Origin: Octopus vulgaris
Taxonomy: Eukaryota
DNA length: 64,000 nucleotides
NCBI GenBank assembly: GCA_951406725.2
Contig: OX597814.1
Span: 14,260,001 to 14,324,000, forward strand
Reading direction: 5' to 3'
Both the position numbers and the translations under genes were made by a program. The notes beneath the pieces were generated by a model. The model saw nothing but the letters and a program-made list of their open reading frames with translations, had not been told where the DNA came from and did not search any database. Positions 38,600 through 51,505 of this stretch are shown one piece after another (position 1 is the first letter of the stretch; each line of letters begins with the position of its first letter).

Positions 38600-39035
38600 A
38601 TGGCAGCGGTGGCGATGGCGTTGTTGGTGTTGTTGTGGTGGTTGTCGTGGTGGTGGTGGTGGTGATAGTAGTAGTGGTGTTGGTGGTGGTGGTAGTGGTG
38701 GTGGTGGTGGTGGTGGTGGTGGTGGTGGTGGTAGTGGTGGTGTTGGTAGTGGTGATGGTGGTGGTGGCTTTGGCGAGGTTGACGGCGGCGGCGTTGGCGG
38801 CGGTGGTGGTGGTGGTGTGTGGTGGTAGTGGTGGTGGTGGTGGTGGTGGTGGTGGTGGTGGTGGTGGTGGTGGCTTTGGTGGTGGTGGTAGTGGTGGTGT
38901 TGGTGTCGGTGGCGGTGGTGGTGGTGGTTGTCGTGGCGGCAGCGGTAGTGGTGGTGGTGGTGGTTGGTGGCGGTGGCGGTGGCGGCGGCGGCGGCGGTGG
39001 TGGTGGTGGTGGTGGTGGTGTTTGCGGCAGTGGTG
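38600..39035. repeat. Degenerate (GGT/GGC)n trinucleotide repeat
   Basis: Directly visible; the overlapping poly-V/G/P/T/H ORFs are its translations. Confidence 0.9.
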
Positions 39036-39381
39036 ATGTTTTCTTCATTATCATTGTTATCACCCCCGCCATCGTCATCGCCATTTCGATTTTTCAGGAT
39101 AATTACTCGCCGCCGTCGTAGTCTCCACCGTCTTCATCAAAATATCAGACGATATGACCTACACCATCCACCGCCATCACACCTTTCACCATCGCCGCCG
39201 TCACCAACACTTTTGAAATTACACAGCACCAATTCCAACTCTACAATAATCGTCGTCATCCCCTTTTATTATCAATGGCATCGTCATCATTGCCATCATC
39301 ATCATTATCATCACAAGCAGCATCATTTCCAGCAATTAAAAAGCAATAAGAAAGCCAGTAATAAAAACAACTGCAGCAATA

Positions 39382-39446
<65 letters not shown>

Positions 39447-39449
<3 letters not shown>

Positions 39450-39835
39450 CGTTGAAATTGAGAAAATGTGGCAGCTCAAGGTGATTACAATACCAGTGAT
39501 CGTAGGAGCACTAGGAATGATCAAGAAGGGAATGATCCCTGGCTTACCATCCCTGCAAGAAGTGCAAAAGATTGTCTTAACTGGTACATCACACGTATTT
39601 AGAAGAGCATTGTCGATGTGAGAGTTATTACTACCCATGTATTTTAATTTAACTTTATTTCTATCAAAAAAAAAAAATGAACGAACTATTGAGTTTAGTT
39701 TAATGGCCTACCAATGTATACTATGAGTTTCTTTGCCCTAGGAGTCGGGAAGACACCCGGCAAGAAATGGAAGCAAATTTGAAAGAAGAAGAAAAACCCA
39801 TAAATAACAATAATAATAATAATAATAATAATAAT
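39447..39835 (+). mobile_element. R4/Dong-like LINE 3' end embedded in (AAT)n
   Basis: EIEKMWQLKVITIPVIVGALGMIKKG...LQEVQKIVLTGTSHVFRRALSM*, then a 3' UTR; (AAT)n on both sides. Confidence 0.8.
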
Positions 39836-40206
39836 ATCAAACTTAAAACGGAACCACTAAACGATTGTTAAACTCATTAGAAAGAGATGCTAATCTAGCC
39901 TCATATTACAGCCGAAAACTTTTAACATGACATATTGGACAGATTTATCGGAAACAATTTATTCCACTATGCCTGAGAAAACTTCCTATAGTCATGTTCG
40001 CTATCTTTTGTGTAGAGATCAAATTTTTAAAATCTTTTATTCTTTTATTTGTTCCTGTCATTTGGAGCACCGCCTTTAGTCGAACAAATCTTACCGCAGG
40101 ACTTATTCTTTGTAAGCCTAGTGTTCATTCCATCGAGATCTTTTGCCGAATAGCTAAGTTACGGCGACGTAAACACTCCAACACACACACGCACGCACAC
40201 ACTTAT

Positions 40207-40568
40207 ATATATAGGAAAGAGGATTTGAAAATGCAAAGATCTTTTAAAGATGTTTATTGATTTGACCGGTTTCACTATTTAAAAAAAATGTTTTCAAACG
40301 TAAATGTAAGGCTTTACGTAGCCTTTATTGTGTTAAAAAATGCTTATCACAGATGTATTAAAATACCGTGATACAGTCTTTGACAATGATAAGGAATGAC
40401 TGTATCACGGTATTTTGATACATCTGTGATAACCATTTTTTAAACAACAAAAGGCTACACGAAGCCTTACATTTTACTTTTGATAATCTTTTTTAAAATG
40501 TGAAACCAGTCAAGTCAATAAACATCTTTAAAAGACCTCTGCATTTTAAAATCCACCTTCCTATATAT
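40207..40568. repeat. Imperfect inverted repeat, ~170-bp arms, 19-nt spacer
   Basis: ataggaaagaggatt...accgtgatacagtc versus gactgtatcacggt...aatccaccttcctat. Confidence 0.85.
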
Positions 40569-40729
40569 TTTCACTCGTTCGGTACTTTGCAATTGTACTT
40601 TTATATATATATATATATATATATATAAAAGTAGTTGAATGAATTATTCTAGTATGGATAATTCGGTTAACCGATACTCGGGTAGCAAATTCACGTCAGA
40701 AAACACGGTTGAATCTACATGCCAACTAT

Positions 40730-40915
40730 GGACACCGTGTAGGCAGTCATCTAAAATTTTTTGTTCGTCATGATGCTGACATAAGTTCCTTATCTTTCGT
40801 GATGAGAAGGTGGCATAATGCACCCCTTATTCCTTCGGAATTAGGAATATGCTGTCTTCGAAACATATGTCGAGAATAAAGGAATTTTGTTAAATCGTCG
40901 TTCGACTCCATTCTT
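40730..40915 (+). mobile_element. Family B repeat with nearly intact hammerhead fold
   Basis: GTGATGA 40799-805, stem II gaaggtggcata/tatgctgtcttc, GAAA-CATATG-TC 40860-71. Confidence 0.65.
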
Positions 40916-40917
40916 TC

Positions 40918-40969
<52 letters not shown>

Positions 40970-41108
40970 TTTTTACAAATTTCACTACGAGTGGCCTAGC
41001 ATGTATAAAAAGTCAAGAGACATATTATTCAATATGGAATAGTGTACATTTAAACACAAAGAGAAATTGCCTATTATGGGTAATTTCTCTTTGTGTTTAA
41101 ATGTACAC

Positions 41109-41159
<51 letters not shown>

Positions 41160-41161
<2 letters not shown>

Positions 41162-41470
41162 GAGGCGCAATAGCCCAGTGGTTAGGGTAGCGGACTCGCA
41201 GTTGTAGGATCGCAGTTTCAATTCTCAGACCGGGCGTTGTGAGTGTTTATTGAGCGAAAATACCTAAAGCTCCACGCGGTTCCGGCAGGGGTGGGGGACG
41301 ATCCCTGCTCATTTCTTTCGCCACAACTTTCTCTCACTCTTTCTTCTATTGGCCTGCTCACTTAGCCAGCGGAGTGGTGTCATTTGAAGACTAAAACAAT
41401 GCGAAACCCATTGTGACAGCGATGTGTAGCAGCATCTGATAGCCTGGTCGGTCACGGTGATCACGGTGAT
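41160..41470 (+). mobile_element. tRNA-derived SINE family S4
   Basis: A-box-like tagcccagtgg, B-box-like gtttcaattc, cacggtgat tandem tail. Confidence 0.7.
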
Positions 41471-41499
41471 ATATATATATATATATATATACATACATA

Positions 41500-41662
41500 C
41501 AACAGGCTTCTTTCAGTTTCCGTCTTCGAAATAAACTCACAAGATTTTGGTCGGCCCGTGGCTTTATTAGAAGACACTTACCCAAAGTGCCACGCAGCGG
41601 GGCTGAACCCGGAACCATGTGGTTGATGAGCAAGCTACTTAACACACAGCCACTCCTGCACC
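41500..41662 (-). mobile_element. SINE S1 5' half
   Basis: ggcttctttcagtttccgtct...aaccatgtggtt...cacacagccactcctgc. Confidence 0.8.
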
Positions 41663-41804
41663 TGTTTATCTTTTGTCAACATGGGTTCGAATGGATGCTG
41701 CATAACATGTATAAAAATTATGTATAATTATTCGTATGGCCAGAAGTTGAGGAGATTTCATCGTTACAAGTACTGACTGACACCTTGTTTAAACGACTCC
41801 GAAA

Positions 41805-42020
41805 ATATTGGTTTCAAATTCGGCACAAGGCCAGGAATTTTGGGCGAGGGTGTAAGTCGATTTCATCGACCCCAGTGTTTAATTGGTACTGAATTTATCG
41901 ACCCCCGAAATAATGAAAGGCAAAGTCGTCTTCGGCGGAATGCAAATGACCCCGAACATGTTGAAAGCGAAGTTGATCTCGGCGGGATTAGAACTCAGAA
42001 TTGAAAGAATTGCGGCAACG
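41805..42020 (-). mobile_element. SINE S2, rearranged copy
   Basis: atcgaccccagt...tgaaaggcaaagtcg..ttcggcggaat. Confidence 0.7.
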
Positions 42021-42830
42021 AGTATAATGACAGCCATGCCATTTTTGTTTTCTTTCTCTTGCTTTTGAAGAAATGCCAATATTGAAAACAAAACAAGCAA
42101 TATTATTATTACAAACAGTATAAAAAATACTTGCAACAACTGCAGCAGCAGCAATAATAATGATAATAATAAAAATAATAATAACAGCAACAACAATAAC
42201 AACGACAAAAGCGTTCACGCAATCAGAACTGTAACAGAAAAAGCAATAGCTATGCTAGGAAAGCATTAGCAAGAAAAAGTGCTACGACAATAGCAAGAAA
42301 ACAAATGTCGCTCACTTCCTCAACAAATGCAGCAGCCACGACAAATGCAACAACAACAACAACAAACTCAACAACAACAGTAATACAATCTGTCACAAGT
42401 GACAACGGATCATAATGCCACGTAAACAATTCACAGAAGCAAATGCAACAGTTATAAAAATGACGAAAATAACAACAGCAGCAACAGCAACAACAACAGC
42501 AGCACCACCACCAACTCCGCCACCAGTGGCATTTAAAAAAAACATCAACATCAACAACAACAACAATATCAACAACAGCAAGTCAACAATACCAGCAGTT
42601 AGCTATGCAAAATGTTACATACAACTGCACAATATGTAAACTAGTCTCTGTGGTGAAGACTGTAATAAGGATAGCAATAAGAATTAACAATACCAAGATT
42701 ACAAACAAGTGTCTTGCACATTGATCGATTTAGGAACTAGCAGTGGCAGCAATGACGACAACAAGACTGCAATCAACAACACCAATGCTATCACCAATAT
42801 ATATATATATATATATATATATCTATACCA

Positions 42831-43036
42831 ATTTATATATACCAATTAAGGACTGCACACGAAAAGTGGACAGTCAACATACTAGATATAGACGTCAAAT
42901 CGCCATTCTCCACAAAAAGTTTATGTTCTCAGATCTGAGAACATAAACTTTTTGTGGAGAATGGCGATTTGACGTCTATATCTAGCATGTTGACTGTCCA
43001 CTTTTTGTGTGCAGTCCTTAATTGGTATATATAAAT
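42831..43036. repeat. 206-bp spacerless palindrome
   Basis: Centre agatct (42931-36); 103-bp arms with two visible mismatches. Confidence 0.95.
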
Positions 43037-43128
43037 ATTTTAATCTTCGGATTCTTTCTTTAATATGCTAGACCACTGGTTCTAATTGATAAATATCAAT
43101 TTTTACCCTAAATTTAATTTTATATATA

Positions 43129-43663
43129 TCTATATATATAAAACTGTAGTTGTGTGAGTGTCTGTCCCCTTCGAACTAGATTCCTAACTACTCCCACATT
43201 TTGCGGTGCAGTTTAACCAAATTCGGGTATCTTATAGTCGTGATTCATATCAAGCACGTCTGGGTATTAGCGCGCGTCTACGACGAGTCTACGAGTTTAA
43301 AAAAAATTTAACATCATTTTTTATTCCATTTTAATGCATATTTTTTCGTGTGTCGATGGCGGTGGAGTTGGCGTCCATGGTCACACCTGCACCTGTGTTG
43401 CTTCTCCCCCTTCTTCCCTCCCTCGTGAAGCTGTGGGGAAGGGAGTGTAAGGAAATCAACGTCGTAAAGCGTTGTCAAGGAGACCAGCGTTCTTTTAGAA
43501 CAACGACTTCATGGCTTGAAGACACTGAGTCAACGATTTAAAAAAAAAAATTACCATCATTTTTTATTCCATTTTTAATGCATTTTTTTTGCTATAACTC
43601 TCTAAAAATGCTTATATAGTTATTTCCCTTACAAACCCGAGCAACGCCGGGCGATACTGCTAG
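43129..43663 (+). mobile_element. Non-autonomous Helitron
   Basis: A|TC 5' end, 3' hairpin cccgagcaacgccggg and CTAG|T end; second copy at 52990-53499. Confidence 0.8.
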
Positions 43664-45260
43664 TACATCATAAACCAATGGAAAGAATCTGAGCATAATT
43701 ATCATACAAGGAAGAGACGCGCGTTCTTCCTTAAATCAAAACTTACTACCCTTAAATAAACAAGGATACGTTACATAAAGTAGCTCATTATATTCTAAGT
43801 GACAAGACTATCATGAAGGCAACGCATTTGAACATAGGTATCTTTGTTAAAGAAAGTCTAAACCAGGATTAGAGAACAACAACAGTTATTCATGCGAAGG
43901 GGCAACGAAATGGCTTGAAAATAGCTGATCGAGCGGCTAGAAATAACAGCCAAATAACACTTAAATAACATACTACCGTCTTAAATAAAGTTACATTAGA
44001 TAAGTTAGCCCCTGGTGTGTATAAAAGAAGAGGATTCCTCGATTATAGTGCCGTAATTTTATAGATTTCTTTGATTAGGGAGGGTTACATTTAAGTTTTA
44101 AAGAAAAAAACAGACTAATATACAATGCTGATAACATTAAACAAAAGAAGAAAACAAAAAATACGACCCGTATCATAATCAATAATACCAAAAATGGAAA
44201 TTGCTATAACTTTATTCCCCAATGTTAACGTTATAACAAAATGAACAGCCGTAGAGTGTATACTCAAACTAACACACTTGACTGATAAGCTGGGTGCATG
44301 CATGGTTGTGTTTAAAAAAATCCGCTACGTAACTACACAGCTACGGGTTCGATCCCACATGGTACATGAGCAAATATCTTCTATGGTAGTCTCAGATCAA
44401 ACGAAGCCTATCGATGAAATGTTGATGACGGAAACTTCGTGAAAAGCAACCTGAGATTCTATTCTTCTTCTAAGACGGTAACTGATTTCTCTAAATGACA
44501 CTTGGATGGCTTGAATCAATACTCAACCGTTGCAGGCATTTAAAGTAAGTTTCCAATCCAGTATAAATTTCACACTTCCCCTCAAAACAGAGACCATGAA
44601 AAGAGCTTTTTTGATATCTCCTTTGTCTAAGTAATAAATAAAAACAACAACATCAACTTCGATAACAGCATAGGAGAATTACTATATGACCATTTGATCT
44701 ACAAGAAATAACAGTTCATTTCCTCTCACATTGCAAATGAGAACCTCGAAATAGAAAGGCACTCAAAGTTATCTGGAAATTAGGAGAGACGGTCAGTGTC
44801 GGGACGATTTGATCATAGATGTACTTAATTAGAGCTGACCTGGGGTGAGAACATACTGAAAAGAGAAAAAATAGAAACAATATCAGTACTATTAGCAACA
44901 ACGGAAGTAATAACAAAGTCATCTCCACCGCCAACTCTATGCCCTTTCTTGACTCAGCTTAGCTGAGGCAGACCTGTCTTTCGTTCAAGCACAGTACACC
45001 AAGAGCAATATTATCCAGTAAGATTCTTTACGCAGCTAAGGAGTGCTGTATTGGTGGGTTAGGAAGAGGAATTTACTTGCTATTTCAAACATGTCTACTG
45101 AGAACACAGAGACTCTGGCGTTAACTGATAATGGAAATTTTGAACATATGAAACCGCACGTTCTTTGCGAAGCCGAAAGAAAACAAGAATACCAATAGTA
45201 AAACTGATATTTATATTAGCACGTACATATGTCAATATGTCTAAATGTGTATACACACAC

Positions 45261-45359
<99 letters not shown>

Positions 45360-45399
45360 TGTGTGTGTGTGTGTACATATACATACATATATGTATAAG

Positions 45400-45718
45400 A
45401 GGGCGCGTGGCTTAGTGGTTAGGGCATTCGGCTCATGATCGTAAGGTTGTGAGTTCGATTCCCGGCGACGCGTTGTGTCCTTGAGCAAGACACTTTATTT
45501 CACGTTGCTCCAGTCCACTCAGCTGGCAAAAATAAGTTGTACTTGTATTTCAAAGGGTCAGCCTTGTCACTCTCTGTGTCACGCTGATTATCCCCGAGAA
45601 CTACGTTAAGGGTACACGTGTCTGTGGAATGCTCAGCCATTTGCACGTTAATTTCACGAGCAAGCTGTTCCGTTGATCGTATCAGCTGGGACCCTCGTCG
45701 TCGTAACCGGCGGAGTCT
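45400..45718 (+). mobile_element. tRNA-derived SINE family S3
   Basis: A box tggcttagtgg, B box gagttcgattc, then a tgtgtccttgagcaagacactt central domain; decayed relative near 31290-31510. Confidence 0.8.
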
Positions 45719-45904
45719 TTTTTTTTTAAACATATATGTATACACATAAATATATAGATAGATATATACCTACGTATATGCATATATATATATATGTGTG
45801 TGTGTTTGTGCGTATTTATATATATATATATGTATATATATGACCAAGAAAGAGGATAATTAACCTATTTTTCTTCAGTATATATTGTAGATATTCTATC
45901 TGTT

Positions 45905-46695
45905 TGTCAAGTCACACCAAGGACCACAGACAGTCGGTACATTACGCAATATGCATGCAGTTCCACGTAATGCCGACTTTTGCAAAACATCTAGATTGTA
46001 GGGTATCTCTAAGCTTTTCGTATGTTTTATAATATTGCGTGGTATTGAACCCAATGCTCCGATCTCAATTCTCAGGTCTCCATATTTATCAAGTTTTTTC
46101 TGTTTCTGTCATGATGATATGTTGATCTCCTAGCACTGCTAAGTCGATAACTAGGCACTCTTGTTTGTCCCTCCTAAAGGTTACTATATCCTGCCTTCGG
46201 TACTCCAAGACATTTGGCCGCGATGATTAGGCCACCTTTCTGGAATCACCTCCATGATGCTCTCTGAGCACCTCCATGAGCACCTCTATGATGCTCCCTT
46301 AATTTGTTGGTTTTACAGTTTTCGCTGTTCTTGTGCGTAATTCATGGGTACTCTCAAGTCCATTTTTGTTAACTCCTTCTGCACTAGCAGCATACTGTAG
46401 CAGGTCTTCTTTGTTGTTTACCAAATATTCTGCCATGTTTCATCTGTCACTGTTGATGCACCCCAGTACGCTAATCAGCCCACGTCCACCATCTCCTCTC
46501 TCCAGGCAGAGCCTGTGTACATTTGTCCTAGGGTGGAGGGCATCATGCATTGTCATTGTCTTTCGAGAAGTGCAGATGAGTTGGTCAATCTCCGCTTGTG
46601 TCCATCTCAGGTTGAGTGCACTATAACAGACTACAGCAACAACTGATATGTTGATGGCAGTCATATGTTTCCTTGAGTTGTACTTTGATTTCAAT
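45905..46695 (-). mobile_element. R4/Dong-like LINE fragment
   Basis: HDALHPRTNVHRLCLERGDGGRGLIS (RT end), RRQDIVTFRRDKQECLVID (RLE), ALRGTACILR; abuts (ATT)n. Confidence 0.8.
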
Positions 46696-46700
46696 TAATA

Positions 46701-46756
<56 letters not shown>

Positions 46757-46990
46757 GAGTGAGAGAGCAGTTCATGCCGTCAAAGTGACACTGGGGTAAA
46801 ATATACGAAGCCCAATATACCCATCATGACTACCCTTCTGATAAGAGTACACCAGGCACATGCATCACAACCATATGTGCGCGACATGGTGATCTCATAT
46901 CAAGATAAACAGCACATGACCTCGCAGGTGGAGCCCAATTAGAATTTTCTTCAGGTTGAGCAACCCATCCCGCTCAAAAGGTCCCTGAAT
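46757..46990. mobile_element. Family E repeat fragment within (ATT)n
   Basis: Shares the cccatcccgct block with 47350-47400; flanked by (ATT)n. Confidence 0.6.
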
Positions 46991-46991
46991 A

Positions 46992-47029
<38 letters not shown>

Positions 47030-47117
47030 GTTATTATTATTATTATTACTATTATTATTATTATTATTATCATTATTATTGTTATTATTATTATTATTAT
47101 TACTATTATTATTATTA

Positions 47118-47260
47118 TTCTATGTTTGACTTTTGCTTTATATTTGTACAAGTTGGCTCCAAGTCTCACCCAGAGACCTCAAGAGACAACAGGGTTGGAA
47201 GTTCATGTTGTTGTTATGCCTAGTGTGCCATATATTTGGGGGGTGGGGATGTTGTACTAA
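47118..47260 (-). mobile_element. Probable 3' UTR of a Dong-like LINE ending in (AAT)n
   Basis: Minus strand gaggtctctgggtgagacttgg...aaacatagaataataat; architecture like 39730-39835. Confidence 0.5.
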
Positions 47261-47349
47261 TGAATGTCTAAAAAAAAAAAAAAAAGGTTTTTTTAATTTT
47301 TTTTTTTTTTTTTACCGAAAATTATGTTTGTTTTAAACCTTGCAGATTA

Positions 47350-47748
47350 CAGTTAGAGAGTATTTTCGTCAGGATATGAGTAGCCCATCCCGCTGAGCAC
47401 TATCCCTTGAACTAAGGCCATTTTTGTTTAAGGTATGTTGAAAGAACTATCAGCCCATGTTTCCAGAGGTGAATTATTCAAACCCCAAAGAATCCCTCTC
47501 AACACATGGCTATGATGCTCCCCCACTACTTCTGCTCGTGATCAGAGATGCACATATCGTCAGCCACTAAGGTACATGCTCAACTGGTTAAGGTCAAACA
47601 ACTGACAAGCAAATCTGTGGTATTGAGCAGAATATTTGCATGTAGCCCATCTTTTATACCAAGACAAAACAATGTACATGATAACACTTCCAATCAGTTA
47701 AGATCAGAAGCCATGAGAGCCACTGCCTGGTACTGCATCAGGGCATTT
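47350..47748. mobile_element. Family E repeat
   Basis: Matches 30362-30580 in reverse; ends at (ATT)n. Confidence 0.75.
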
Positions 47749-47868
47749 ATTATTATTATTATTATTGTTATTATTATTATTATTACTATTATTATTATTA
47801 TTATTATTATCATTATTATTGTTATTATTATTATTATTATTATTACTATTATTAGATTATTATTATTG

Positions 47869-47948
<80 letters not shown>

Positions 47949-48260
47949 AGCAATATAGTTTTCAACACATTCCACTTAATTTCTTCTCTTGCGAAATTCT
48001 CATGACAGTTACCATACCATATCAGTTTTTCAATTAGTGGATGACATTGAACTCTTGCACAATCCTTTTCATATCTGAAGAATAGAAATAGATTTTGAGC
48101 GAGGAAAGTACGGTGACATAAAGATAGAAAAAATAGAATAATTGACGCATAAAATAGTTATGAGTCGTTTTTGCACAGCCGTTTTGGCACTATATATTGT
48201 TATCTCTAATTCGACGCTGAATTATTTGATATCAGACATTTTGATATTTCTCTCATTCTC

Positions 48261-48451
48261 AGGCGGTGAACTCGCAGAAACGTTAGCACACCGGGCGAAA
48301 TACCTAGCGGTAGTTCGTCTCTGTCTTTACGTTCTGAGTTCGAATTCCGTCGAGGTCGATAAATTAAGTACTGGTCGCGTACTGAGTTCGATCTAATCGA
48401 CTGGCCCCCTCCCTCCAAAATTTCGTTCCTTGTGCCTAGATTAGAAAAAGG
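48261..48451 (+). mobile_element. SINE S2 monomer with 16-bp TSD
   Basis: tatttctctcattctc (48245-60) and tatttctttcattctc (48452-67). Confidence 0.85.
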
Positions 48452-48644
48452 TATTTCTTTCATTCTCTCCCTCCCACTTCAGCTCTTTGCTCATGAGTAT
48501 GACCGTATTTTTTTCTTTAAATAATGAGGAGAGGGGTTGTAAATTGTGTTCAATTAGTAAATTATAATATCTCTCTCTTTTTCACTATTCACTCTCCATC
48601 TCTCTCTCATTGTTTTCTATCTCCATCTCTCTCTCTCATTGTTT

Positions 48645-48760
<116 letters not shown>

Positions 48761-48891
48761 TATATGTATAAAAAATTATATATAAAAAATACAAAATGGG
48801 ACAAGAACGCAAAAGACACAAAGAGACGACACAAAGAACGGACGGGTCATTCGAGGCGTCTAATCTTCAGTCAGGAACCGGATTGTCATAG

Positions 48892-49001
<110 letters not shown>

Positions 49002-49276
49002 TTTGTGGCGCCATCCAATTTTATTTTCAGTCACAATCTTAATATCTAGAAAACCGATATTGTTTGGAGTATTCTGTTCCGGGGATGCGGAATTGACAAG
49101 ATGCATATGGCCTCAATGTCTTTTATCAAACATCTGCTATCATAGCTCACTTGTGGCTAAACAAGAACGGCAACAGGAAAATCCTAGTCGGAAATGATAC
49201 GAAAAAGCACGGTATACAACTTCCTCACAGGTACATTCTAGCAGGTTACAAGAAACAACAAATATCTTCCACTCAC

Positions 49277-49298
49277 CTCGCAAGTGCGTACAATTCGC
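49277..49298 (-). CDS. Candidate 22-nt microexon (..ELYALA..)
   Basis: Minus strand actaac...ccttcgtcgtttaag|GCGAATTGTACGCACTTGCGAG|gtgagt. Confidence 0.2.
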
Positions 49299-49477
49299 CT
49301 TAAACGACGAAGGACGGATGCGTTAGTTAATGAAAACAAACATTTGAAAAAATGGCTGTATGTGCATAAGTGTTTCCGTGTGAAGTTGTATAAGGGCTCA
49401 ACAGCAACACAACTAAAATAGAAATTCTACAGAAGACTAAAGAAAAGGGTAACAAAACATCATCAAATATTAGAATG

Positions 49478-49496
49478 AGATAGATAGATAGGTAGG

Positions 49497-49573
<77 letters not shown>

Positions 49574-49631
49574 GATGGATAGATAGATAGATAGATAGAT
49601 AGACAGATAGATAGATAGATAAGAAGAGAGA

Positions 49632-49703
<72 letters not shown>

Positions 49704-49705
49704 GA
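49478..49705. repeat. (GATA)n followed by (GAAA)n
   Basis: Directly visible. Confidence 0.95.
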
Positions 49706-51291
49706 GGGAAGAAAAAGCAAGAAAGAAAGAAAAGGAAACTTAAAGCAAAAAAGAATGTAAGATGAAAGGAAAAGATAGAAAAAGTAACACAGAAAGAAAG
49801 ACAATAGAAAAAAAGAAAGGAAGAAAGAAAGAAAGAAAAAACAAAGAAAGAAGGTTAAAAGAAAGATGTTTTATAACAATAAAAAGTGAGAGAGCGCGCG
49901 TGAGTGAGAAAGACAGACGCAAAAGAAGAAAGAACATCGTAGAGCTGGCGCTATATAACAAGTATGGTGTTCGACTTTCAGCAATCTATTGTTAGGAACA
50001 GATCACTGTTATACAAATTCCAGTCTAATAATGTAACTCTTAACTGTAGCTATGTGTTTTCATGTCTGCATGCCCGTGTGCGCGTACGTTTAGATGTCTT
50101 TGAGTTATTTAGATATTTTCATTGTTTTAGTCGCTATGTCTAATGCCATGCTATAGATTATTATTTGTTATTATGATGGTGGTAATTGGAAATTGAATTA
50201 ACAAACGCATTACCATTCGTAGCTGCGAGGTTAAAATGTTCTTTTTACAACCACCTGGTGCCAGGATCGATTTTATCTCCCGGTACTCTGGGTACTGCAG
50301 CTACGTGTATTCCTTTGCTTTGTGTATGAGATTAATTTATTTACCAGATGTGTTTTAAAAATTTACTACAGTTATAGCTAAATAGAACTTTGAACTTTTG
50401 CTTCATATTTCAATACTTTGGTTTTACGATGGTTTTATGAAAAAAAAAATGAGTTTCAATCAAGCTCTTATATGTGAGAGAGCTGTGTGAAAAGTTCAGA
50501 TTCATTACATATTATCTAATTAGCATCATATGGTAATTAGCTGATTAATATAACACTAACTGTTCATGTTGATAATATTTATTTTTATAACGCTAGACAT
50601 CTTAGTCTTCAAATAACAGATATTCCATTCACTGAGTTTGTGGGTGATTGTGCTCTTCCACTTATAATAGCTCTTTGAATCTGTCTAGGTAGAAAGGGCA
50701 TTCGTAGGTGTGCCTTCAAGAGGCATGTGTAGCATGTGAAACCTACTTCAGATGCAAGATCTAACGTACTTATTACATGCTGTGCGTTACACTGGATTAT
50801 CCTGTGCGTTGGCTGACTCTGAAATCTGTATTTTCTGAAAAAGATTTTACAGTGCACTAACTCTATCTTTATAATTTTCTATGGTAAGTTATTCTATTAT
50901 TGCAACGTCTGTCCTTTTATGCTTAGGTTAAAATTGCTTTTCCTGCCTAAAGCGATAGATAAAATAAGTACCAAAAATATTACTGGAGTCAGTTTAAAGA
51001 TTACTGAAAACAGTAAAATAATAAACAAAAAGTACGAATACAAGCATTAGAAAGCGATTTTACCCATTTCTCTTTTTGTAGCAGTTGATTAAATAATAGT
51101 ATTGCTTAAAATAAATTGGTTATCTATAATTAAACAAACCCCAACAACAAAAGTTTCAACACTACTTCCGCAGCAACAACAAATACGACAACAGCAACAA
51201 CATGAAATAAACATAATGGATGGTTTATTCCACGTAGAAACTGCAGAAGCGACTCGGAGGTTTCGCAAGCACTTCTAAATCCATTGCAATC

Positions 51292-51505
51292 TTTATTTCT
51301 TTATTGCCGACAAGGGGTTAAACATAGAGGCAACATACAAGGACAGGCAACGAGATTAAGTCGATTACATCGACCCCAGTGTGTAACTGGTACTTCATTT
51401 ATCGATCCCGAAAGTATGAAAGGCATAGTCGACCTCGGCGGAATTTGAACTCAGAACGTAACGGCATTTCGCCCGGCGTACTAACGTTTCTGCCAGCTCG
51501 CCGCC
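51292..51505 (-). mobile_element. SINE S2 monomer
   Basis: tttatttctttattgcc...ggaatttgaactcagaacgta...ctgccagctcgccgcc. Confidence 0.85.

Noticed and set aside
38581-39455. Overlapping 100-167 aa ORFs rich in P/T/H/V/G
   Set aside because: Open in several frames on both strands because of the (GGT)n repeat; not evidence of coding
45400-45475. tRNA-like sequence (also 41160 and 58361) as tRNA genes
   Set aside because: A and B boxes are present, but no full cloverleaf is evident and each continues into a SINE body
50609-50857. 82-aa minus ORF as an exon
   Set aside because: No recognisable motif and ambiguous splice sites; length within chance expectation
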